A stretch of 64,000 nucleotides of DNA from Octopus sinensis (taxonomy: Eukaryota): the NCBI RefSeq assembly GCF_006345805.1, contig NC_043016.1, forward strand, positions 12,214,001-12,278,000. Reading direction: 5' to 3'. Below, piece by piece: positions 37,108 through 47,100 of this stretch; the first letter of the stretch is position 1; every line of letters starts with the position of its first letter. The translations under genes and the position numbers were made by a program. The notes below the pieces were generated by a model. The model made no database searches and was not told the origin of the DNA. It was given only the letters and a program-made list of their open reading frames with translations.

Positions 37108-39430
37108 TATATATATTTGGGGTTTCTTTTGGTTCCTGTCTACCAAAGCTACTCACAAGGTTTAGGACAGCCTGGAGATATAATTGAAGACACTTGGCCA
37201 AGGTACCATGCAGTGGGATTGAGTTGCAACCATGAGGATGGGAAACAAATTTCTTATCACACAGCCACACCAGGACTTGTAGAGGGGAATCTGGTGTTTA
37301 TGTTGTATATGCATGTCACAATACATTTGCAATAACAAAGTAAATTTCTTTCTTGTTTTTCGTTTTTTTTTTTTCACTATATTGAACTCTGAAAAAGTCT
37401 TTGATTGGAACTGTCAGACTTACTTAAAAACATGAAAAGATAATGAAAAAAAAAACAACAACTTATATAAAGATAAGTTAAATCGGTGCTTTATTTTAGC
37501 ATTGAAGTCACTCGAATTTTGGCTGAACCAAATATATCAGGTGGTGATTGTTATTAAAACAGTTCAGAATTTATCTTTACTTTTTTATAAAAAAATAAGT
37601 GTATAATTCTAGTAATAAATAATTGTACAATGCCAGGAGAGGAAGTTAGTCAGTACCATTAACAACAGTACTCGACTAGTACCTTATTTCATTAACCATG
37701 GTGGCATGACAGGCAAAGTCAATCTCAGCTAGACTTCAGAGTGTAAAGAGATGGAAGAAATACCACAAGGTATTTTGTCTGATGCTCTGGTGATTCTAGC
37801 CATGCACCACCCTACTTTTCATAAATAGTTCTTACTAATTTTACAAATTCTGAGGGGAGAAGTCGATTACATTGATCCACCAGTGCTCGATTGGTGCTTA
37901 TTTTATCGACCTCGAAAGGATGAAAGGCAAAGTCGACCTCGGCAGAATTTGAACTCAGAACATAAAACCAGAAGAAATGCTGCTAAGCATTTTTTGACAC
38001 CAATGATTCTGCTAACAAATTAATTCAACCAAAATAAAAGATACTAAGCATTCTTTAACACCTGTTGCTGCTGTTGTTATCATAATAGAAGTTTACTACC
38101 GGCTGAGGTAGAGAATACGTAACAAAAACCCTAACCCCAAACACCGGGTGTACGTATTTACTTTCGCCTACTACCCAACATCAGTACTGATCGAACAGAC
38201 CTATAATCAAAGGTATCCCAACTAGTCTTAGTGTAATAACAAGCACAGCATTATCCAACGTGTTAATTAAAAAAAAAAAAAATTATGAAGACATTGATAG
38301 ATATTTGGCTGCTATTTCTAGCAGATTGAGCGACCGCTAAGTAAGAATAATCAAAAAGATCCAAGATAGTCTCTACACGGTCATTTGAGTTGGCAGAAAT
38401 AGCAGCCAAATATCCACCCAAATCATACTCTACCGCTTAAAGATAAAAAAATAATAATAAAGGACCTCCTAAATAATGTAGTTTTATACATTACTACAGG
38501 AGAATAATTACGGGAAAAAAAAACAAAACAACAGCTGATCACAGCTGGAATGTCTTGGATCATAAATCTGTTCGGACAGAGTTAATCTGTTTGAACAATA
38601 AGAGCGAGCGCTGAATAATACATTTTTATGTTTTAAGAGGGTGTCTCCACGTTTTGTATCGGGTGGATTGACCCAAGAAAAATAACTAAAATCTCAATAA
38701 CATATAGACACGTGTATTATTATCGAGTTTTCAGTTGTAAAAAACAAATAATTATTAAACATCGAAAATAAAACTATATTTCTCAGAAGACTTGGGACGG
38801 ATTTTTTTGAATTATTGAATCTATCAGTTTCTACATAAACATAGATGTTGGTTAAAAGAACCGGATACCGGTTTCGGCGAGTTTTCCGGATTGTTCGGCC
38901 AACTATAAACTGAACAACATGCTCGTTGAATTTAATACGTAAACTGGCTGAATACCCCACAGACACGTGTTCTCTTGACGTAATAATCAACAAGCAGATT
39001 TATAGTGATTTATAGTTTGTATGGCAGAGGCTGTACACAGGTACACTTTATATCCGACGGGTTTTTTACCACCGGCTTGTTTGTGTCTGTGCAAATTCGC
39101 TCACGTTAAATACTTGGGTCGACCCGAAGCCTATATAGTAACTAACAATTGATCAAGACTACTAAGCAGTGGGATCGAAACCTGAACTTAGTGATTCCGA
39201 AGAAAACTTCTTAACCATTCAGCCATGCTGCATCCACATATATATTTAATTATATACATACATGCACACACACATATATAATATATATATATTATACACA
39301 CACATACACGTGTTGTATGTGTCTGTATAACGCAAATATACCTTTATACATACTTCGCATAGTTAGATTGGAAGACTAATCAGACAAATAATAGGCGCAC
39401 AGCAACATCCATCAACTTCGAAATACTTAC

Positions 39431-39861
39431 CAACTTTCTTGGCTGGAGACCCGGGAGGCCTCTGCTCTCTTTTCGGTCTTTTGATTCCCCTAGTTCTGGT
39501 GAAGGTAAATGCAATGATGCCGTTGTTGCTTGCAGTAGAAATGCTGCTGGTCGAAGAAGAAGTGGTGGACGTGGTGGTCGTGGTGCAATTATGGCCTGCT
39601 CCGCCGCCGCCGCCACCAGCCGCCGAGGCCAGGCTCTCGCCAGCGGACCCGCCTGTTCCATCGTCTGCGATCTGTGTCTGATGATGATGTTGGTCCGATT
39701 TGGAAAGTTTCGTCGGACGTTTGTCACTCGCGGACACGCTACCGACATTGGTGTTCAGGGCTGTTGCGGTGTTGTTAGATCCAGGTGTTGTGTGGTGGTG
39801 ATAACCTTCATTGCAATTTGTCGCCCCTTTAACCGTTCCTTTTTCGCCGTCAATTGAAACC
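39431..39861 (-). CDS. CRAMP1: CRAMP1 coding exon 2 (low-complexity G/T/S/H-rich N-terminus ending KRPKREQRPPGSPAKKV)
   Basis: Acceptor aacaacag|G and donor G|GTAAGT. 431 nt open frame, phase 2 to 1, with a GC-rich coding-like composition. Confidence 0.85.
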
Positions 39862-40481
39862 CTGTTGTTATTTTTTTTTGGTTTGTTTAAATAGAAGAAT
39901 AAATAAAAAATAAATTGAAAAGTTTACGACTGTGTTAATTGTTGGGTAAATTGTCTAAAGCGAAACAAATACTCGCAGAGACACATGCATCGAAACTACA
40001 AAGATTCTTATTCAAAATGGCTGCCCGCAATTTTCTTTCAATGCATTTCGTTTTCACATTTTATTTATCATCAGAAATAAATCAAAATCAACTTAAATTA
40101 CTCTTACACAAAACTAAGGACTTCAGGTTTACACATTCGCTAAAAAGAAACACGGAAGAAGTTAATCTCGGAGAGAAAACCATTAACGAAATGACATAAA
40201 CAAATGAATTTGTAGCCATTCCAACGCATTTTCCACACACACGGAAATATTCGATATTGACGAAATATTTCAAATAAAAGCAACCAGTTAGTTTCAATAA
40301 TCTATTACTAGGATGACTGGGAGTAAAAGAGAGAAAAACTCGACTCGATTTGAACAGCGGAAATAAGTGAAAACTTAATGTTTTTGTGAGAACAATTACG
40401 GGTTTGAAGTAAAAAATGGCGGTTGTACAACAATTTTATTTCCTTGCGGTTAAACTTGGACTGCATAGACGTATACTTTAC

Positions 40482-40549
40482 CGAGATGAAGCCTGGTCTT
40501 GTCCCAAACATTCTCCTTGATGACTTTTACTTCGGGTTCCAATACCCAT
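40482..40549 (-). CDS. CRAMP1: CRAMP1 coding exon 1 (start codon; MGIGTRSKSHQGECLGQDQASSR)
   Basis: GAA-ATG-G at 40549 with an in-frame TAA 13 codons upstream. The exon opens at a strong acceptor (ctctctctctcag|, exon start 40679). Donor CG|GTAAAG is phase 2 and fits the next exon. Confidence 0.75.
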
Positions 40550-42840
40550 TTCGATAGAACCTGCTTGAAATCCAGCTTTTAATCCGACTTGTTGTTAAGA
40601 TGCCAGACTTCGAAGTCAGCAGAGTCCTGTCCGTCACTTTGGTACAAAATACAAATTATCTTCTCTCGGTCGTCGGTGACTGAGAGAGAGAGAGAAGGAG
40701 AAGCAAAATAAATGAAAATAAACAGTTTTAAAAAAATAATCAAGAATAATGGTAACCAGAACGAGAGACAAAAACTTTGCCTGGAATTTTCCTCTTTTGG
40801 TAATTAATTGGAAAAAAGCCTCTGTCAACGTTGTTTTCATAGCGAATCATCTGCACAGCTCCGCATCATCATCATCATCACTATTACTATCATCATCATC
40901 ATTACTATTATCATCATCACTATTACTATCAACATCATCATCATCAATTAGCACTTCTTACTGCTAGTAAAGACAGCTTCTTCTTCTTCTTTTTGCCATA
41001 ATAGTGATGAAGAAGAAGAAGAAGAAGAATGCACCGCACACAAATTAGACTAAAACGCGTTGAGTGATAATAGTTTTGATAGAAATTCACTCAGACACTG
41101 CCTCTACACTCGCTGCCATTCGCATTTTTACTCTTTTCTTTCAAGTTTGCTTTCAGCCTTATTTTCTTCTTCTTCTTTCCTTTTCTCTTTTTCCATTAAG
41201 TTTATTATCCTCTTGCTGCTGCTGTTGCCCAGGATCGCTACTGCTAGTTTTTATTATTATTACTATTATTATTATTATTTAAACATAGAGAGGGTGTGTG
41301 AGTCGATAAGATCGATATCCAATCATCAAGTCGGCCGGATTTGAACTCGGAATCGTGAGAGACGCATCAAAGTTTGGATACCTCAGCAGTTTTGTATTTC
41401 TGGCTCTCTAACCATCTAGGCCAGTTATCTTGGCATATATCTCTGAGAAAACAATTAAAACCATCAACCAGTCACTTAATCACTTACCACTACCGTTTTT
41501 TCCGAACCGACGAGGAGGCTTCTACGCGGTCATCCTGGTCGTTAGAAATGGTAGCCAAATCTCCCTCAAATCACACCAAACAGCTTCAAAACAGGATGAT
41601 ACACTGGACAGCAACCACCGCAGCGCATATTGTAGATAGTTACGACTAACTTTATCGTATATCTATCTATTTATAACGATTTCTCAGTCGTGGATGATGA
41701 GGACCAAACCAAAACTGCTAAATGCTTAGTGACGGGGCTTTAACTTCTTTTATTAGGATTTGACTCGCCGAGAAAAATAACAACACGCGAAATGCTTGTC
41801 ACATTTTATACTTAGAATGACACTTTAAAACTAAACATCCATTCACGGTCAATTGCGCACGCTAGCTCTTTCTCTCTCTCTCACTCACTCACTCTCTCGC
41901 TCATTTTCTCCCTCGCTTCTTTTCACTCGCTCATTCTTTCTTTCTCTCTCTCTCTCTCTCTCACACACATTGATATATATACACACCTATAGAAAATTGG
42001 GCTCTTTCGTTTTGAGTCTCAGGAATGTCAATAATCTATCAGCTGAGAGAGAGAGAGAGAGAAAGTATGTGTGTGTGAGGGAGAGAGAGAGAGAAAGTAT
42101 GTGTGTATGAAGGAGAGAGAGTGACAGCTACATTTTTTTTATCGAAAGATCGTCAAAATTGCTTAGCTGACAACTAAGTCCTGCTCCGTCTTACAAAACC
42201 TGTCGAGCCTACAATCTTAGGATCATATTAAAGATTTCAGGGCCTAAGCATTCAAAACTACTAATTACGACAATAATTCCCCCGTTTAATTAGATTCTTC
42301 ACCAGGTGAGAAAAATACTTACACACACACACCCACTATGCTACTAGGAAAATATTTTTCATAAAACTAAACGTGATGTTCGTGCCTTTCCCAAAGACAT
42401 TATTTTTATAAGCGATATTAAAGCGGGGAGCTGGTAGAACTGTTATCGTGCCGGGAAAAAAATGAATAAGCAACATTTATTTCAGCATTGCATTCTGAGT
42501 TCGAATTACGCCGATGTCAGCTGTGCTTTTTCTCCCTTGGGGATGGATAAAATAAGTACCAGTTGAGCATTAGAGTTAATGTGATCGACTAGACCCTTCG
42601 ACTAAAATTTCAGGTCTTGGGCCTATAGCGGAAAGGATTATCATAAGCGATAAAAATAATAAAAATATGAATGCTTATCGCTACATTCTGCCGCTTATCT
42701 CGACACTGAAATAAATGTTTGCTGTAACAGATAGATGAGGTTTAGCCCCATGTGAACAGGCTGATAAAAAGTAAACTTATGATCAAAAAGCTATGGAGAC
42801 ATCACCATAATATTTTCCCTTCTTTCTTTTATATGTCTAG

Positions 42841-43264
42841 GGCGATCTTTCGTCTCTAGTAGACCTTTCCGTCGATTTCCGTAAAAATTTTTTTTTTTTT
42901 TTTACATATGGGCTTGCGGGAACTTTTGAAGTAATATACATACATATATACACATACACCGAGTAAAAAATTTCAGTTATCTCTTTCTTTCACACATTAC
43001 TGTCTCTTCACACACACTAACAGAAGCACTTCACTTACATAACATACTGTCTGTCTCCCACACCCCATCAAACACACACACACACATGTACATCAATGCT
43101 TGCCATGCACGGTAACTTCAAAAGAACTTCCCTCGTCATACAATCGCTTTCTCTTAGTCTCTTTCGCTCTCATTACTTCAAAAGTTCCCGCAAGCCCATA
43201 TGTAAAAAAAATAAATTTTTTTACGGAAATCGACGGAAAGGTCTACTAGAGACGAAAGATTGCC
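42841..43264. mobile_element. MITE with ~95-bp TIRs and a 9-bp TSD (Merlin-like termini)
   Basis: Ends GGCGATCTTTCGTCTCTAGTAGACC... and ...GAGACGAAAGATTGCC. Flanks are TATGTCTAG and TATGCCTAG. Confidence 0.85.
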
Positions 43265-43659
43265 TATGCCTAGAATTATTATATTATTCAGTGTTTTCAT
43301 ACCTTTCTAAGTTGGGAGGGTGAGATTTGTGGAAAATTTTAGTTGTTATTTTTATTATCGTCGTGGTTCAATTAATGCTGATTGATTTCACCTGAAGAAG
43401 AAGTTTAATTAATATTTTTAACTGATTAAATAAAACAGTTCGTGTTTCATTAATTCCGCAGGTTTGAACTTAGAAATGCGAGTTCATTGAGATTTGCCGG
43501 GTTAGGGGGGGGGGATGTGAAATTATGATTCATTTTTGTTTGAATAAGCATGCAGGCTTTCTAAAATTAGAAGGCAAATGTTTTGCCGTGAATATTTATA
43601 ACAACGCGCGCAGATTTGAGTCACACGTCCGTTAAGCACTTTGCTTCTCAAGTTAGACG

Positions 43660-44210
43660 ACATACATACATACACACACGCACACACACACATACATACA
43701 CACACACACACACATACATACACACACACATACATATAACATATATATATATACACGCATACACACATACATATAACACATACACACATTCATACATACA
43801 CACATACATATATACTTACATACAAATAACATACACACACGCACACATACATACATATAACATACATACATACACACACGCACACATACATACATAGAAC
43901 ATATACACACATTCATACATACACACATATAACATATACATATATACACGCACGCACACATACATATAACATACACACATACATATATATACTTACATAC
44001 ATAACATACACACACGCACACATACATATAACATACACACACGCACACATACATATAACATACACAAACACATACATACACACACGCACACACACACATA
44101 CATAGAACATATACACACATTCATACATACACAGACGCACACACATACATACATAAATACATACATGCATGCATATACGTGTGTGTGTGTGTGTGAGTAT
44201 GTATGTCACT
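43660..44210. repeat. Compound (CA)n/(CATA)n microsatellite
   Basis: Read directly. Explains the spurious VCVY/HTHT ORFs. Confidence 0.95.
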
Positions 44211-45001
44211 CTTTTTTCGGTGGGAGTGTATTTGGATCCTTGAAAACTGCCGTTGAAAAGGAAAAGATCCGTGTATTTTTTTAAATATGATTTGCAATTT
44301 TTAATCTAAGAGAATCTTTCTTCAAATATTGTGACTATCAACAATTCTTTCCTGAAACTTTTTAATACACGCGCGCACATATATACAAAATGCCTTTACG
44401 TATATGGTACGTGTGTATCTAAGCGTAGGTGTGGCTGAAGTGTAAGAAGTTTGCTTCTCAACCATAAGGTTCTGAGCTCAGTCCCGCTGCGTGCCACCCA
44501 CCACATGTTTCTTTTACTGTAGCTTTGGGGTTAACAAATCCTTACGGGTCGATTTGGTAGACAGAAACTGAAAGAAACCTGTCGCGCGCGTGTGTGTGTG
44601 TGTGCGTGCGATCTAAGAGCCAAGAAGAAATGCACTCGTATATCTGTGAATAGAGTGGGTATATTATCCGAAGTGTACAATATCCATTTCGGCTGATTTA
44701 ACCAATCAGTTTCGCGCTAGGAATTCTACGGAGTGTATGGTAACAATCCGATTATGTAACCCTGCGCTCATTAGGGGTAGCCGGTATGGAATGAAATATG
44801 GCAACTGATATATATATATATAATATATATATATATACAAAGAGCAATAAAGATTCAAGTTATTTAAAAAATTTACTTGAATATGGTACCTAACTTAGAT
44901 GCACCAAAAAAAACTATACTGATTTAACAATACAGTAATGTGGGGTGTTTATAAGCGAGAAAGAAGCAACAACCTATCCATTCTTGTTGCTTCTTTCTCG
45001 C

Positions 45002-45034
<33 letters not shown>

Positions 45035-45039
45035 TAAAC

Positions 45040-45480
45040 AGTAACATTAATTACAGACATGGACAAGAACATGAAACACCACAGAGACGACACAAGAACC
45101 ACAGGACGGGACATTCGAAGCCCTCAGTCATCAGTCAAGAACCAGATCATCTTAGCAATTTCGGCTGATTAATCTTGAGATTGCTCCGATATGGCCAGCC
45201 CGCCAAGGGAATCTAAGCCAAGCGCATTAGATCCCCTGGAAGAAAGCTTCGAATGTCTACAACGAAAGGACGGAAAACAGATCGAAGTACACAAACAAAA
45301 ATACAGAATACGTGACACCAATAAGAATACAAAAACGTAAAAACAATAACGGTAAAAATAAAAAATAAACAACAAAACAAAACCAGGACGTAGGACAAGG
45401 GTCTTTCGACAGGACGATTTGAGAATGGGGCTGGCTTGTGAAGTTGTGCCTAAAGGCCACGGGGAGACGAACAATACAAA
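45040..45480 (-). mobile_element. Unclassified interspersed repeat, possibly a Penelope-like terminal repeat
   Basis: CpG-rich, non-coding block flanked by (TA)n. The classification rests on resemblance only. Confidence 0.3.
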
Positions 45481-45521
45481 ATAAGAAAATGGAGGAATAG
45501 ATTTTCTTATCATTTATGTAT

Positions 45522-45720
45522 TAGCCTTCTGGGTACTTTACTGGCAGTATATTGGATAAATGATATCCCATAGTGGGTTACACTCATAACCCCTATCTCA
45601 CTTTGTACTTTATATATATATAAAGTACTAGCCTTCTGGGTACTTTACTGGCAGTATATTGGATAAATGATATCCCATAGTGGGTTACACTCATAACCCC
45701 TATCTCACTTTGTACTTTAT
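45522..45720. repeat. Perfect tandem duplication, period 107 bp
   Basis: TAGCCTTCTGGGTACTTTACTGGCAG...CTCACTTTGTACTTTATATA starts at 45522 and again at 45629. Confidence 0.95.
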
Positions 45721-45811
45721 ATATATATATATATATATACATACATACATAAACACGTAGATGTACTTGCTATGCAAATGACTTGATCTGAGATCGTGTG
45801 CTGAAACAAAA

Positions 45812-46290
45812 ATAATTGCAGTGTGGAAAATGTTTGTAAGTCATTTAAGAACATGCAAAAACCATTAGTTTCACTATAACATTTACATACATTTAATTTG
45901 TGTGAAAATATTTTCGTCGCTTTGAAACCGCGACCTGTTCACTAACAAAACTGAGAGGCAGCACGAAGTTTGTCAGTGAACATGTCGCGGTTTCAAAGCG
46001 ACGAAAATATTTGACAAAAATTAAATTTAGATGTTGAAGTTAAACTAACGGTTTTTGTGTGTTCTTAAATGGTTTACAAACATCTTCCTATTTCTTTATT
46101 GCCCACAAGGTGCTAAACTTAGAGGGGACAAACAAGGACAGACATAGGTATTAAGTCGATTACATCGACCCCAGTGCGTAACTGGTACTTAATTTATCGA
46201 CCCCGAAAGGATGAAAGGTAAAGTCGACCTCGGCGGAATTTGAACTCACAACGTAACGGCAGACGAAATAACATCTTCCACGCTATAATT
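45812..46290. mobile_element. Palindromic MITE interrupted in its right arm by a 5'-truncated family-B SINE
   Basis: Inner arms AAAATATTTTCGTCGCTTTGAAACCGCGAC... and ...GTCGCGGTTTCAAAGCGACGAAAATATTT. The SINE at 46089-46269 is flanked by a 10-bp TSD, AACATCTTCC (46079-46088 and 46270-46279). Confidence 0.8.
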
Positions 46291-46312
46291 GTATGTATGT
46301 GTGTGTGTGTGG

Positions 46313-47100
46313 GGGGGGCGGGTGAGGCTAAATTCGACACTTTTCATAAAAGGAAATGAAAACAATATTTAAGTATTTAAAAAATTTTAAATATATCAAC
46401 TAGTTGATGACCGGAAAAATACGGTTTATTCACAGTAGCCGCTCTCGGCTTCCACTATGGCCTCAAGACGGCTCCGGAACCTGGTACGTGCGTTCCTCAT
46501 TGTGTTCCGGGAAAGATCTTCGAACACCAGCTCGACCTTAGTATTGCAGGCAGAGTGGCTGGTGTCTTTCTCAAGTGTGCTCCATAGGATTGCAATTGTA
46601 GGAATTAATGGGTCAGAAATTAGGGCTGGTGAAATCGTCGAAATTCCCTGAAAATCACTTCTGATTCTTTCCAGAAGTAATGCAAGAAGCTGAATCCTGC
46701 TGCCAAAATTATGGCCTTCAAGCAGCAACTTTCACCAGTTAGGGATTGACCAGTCTCCAGTAGCATCGCATGGTAATCTGAATTTAGCTGAAGGCCTTTT
46801 CAAAGTTGTGAGGATGAATTCGGGCGTTCGGACACAGTCAGAATGCCTGCTGTGTCCCTTTCTGCTGGTCAAAGTTTCATAGTCTCCGTTGTAGCTGTCC
46901 TTGTCACAGCCATCATAATGTCGGTATCATCATGATACAGGTAACACTTTTCCAATATTCAGATAGCTTTCAATCCCCCAAGTCGATTATCTTTTCTCAA
47001 TTACAACTTCAATCTTTGATGCCATTGATTGTCCCTCGGACATCAAGTTGTTTCTGAAGAAGGAGACATAAAAATCATCAAGTTTAGCTCGAACACCCCT
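46313..47100 (-). mobile_element. Internally deleted maT (DD37D) element related to 11995-13192
   Basis: TIR remnants GGGGTGTTCGAGCTAAACTTGA (47100 end) and GAGGCTAAATTCGAC (46325). C-terminal relic WSTLEKDT..SACNTK...RFRSRLEAIVEAESGYCE*. Confidence 0.8.

Larger units (their letters stand above)
2456..40679 (-). other. CRAMP1: cramped-like (CRAMP1) gene span; 3' end continues beyond position 1 and the non-coding first exon was not located
   Basis: 16 coding exons join with matching phases (one needs a 1-nt correction). The translation contains motifs I recognise from cramped/CRAMP1: SANT region RQWELW..K..FF..L.E.G.DF.AIQ...KNKEQVRHFYYRTW.KI, EVYGLIHYGEMRKR, PKNN.AW..VQ..AQNPRLRM, LT.AQL.L..GK...I.LEYDW, QRTLLP and SPPNIS.L.DISL. 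Recognition is from memory, with no database search. Confidence 0.93.

Noticed and set aside
39380-39857. Overlapping ORFs on both strands around exon 2
   Set aside because: They are by-products of the stop-poor, GC-rich coding exon. Only one frame has matching splice phases.
43616-44209. Long ORFs of 93-155 aa (also 49829-50570 and 52894-53285)
   Set aside because: These are translations of (CA)n, (GATA)n and (TATG)n microsatellites.
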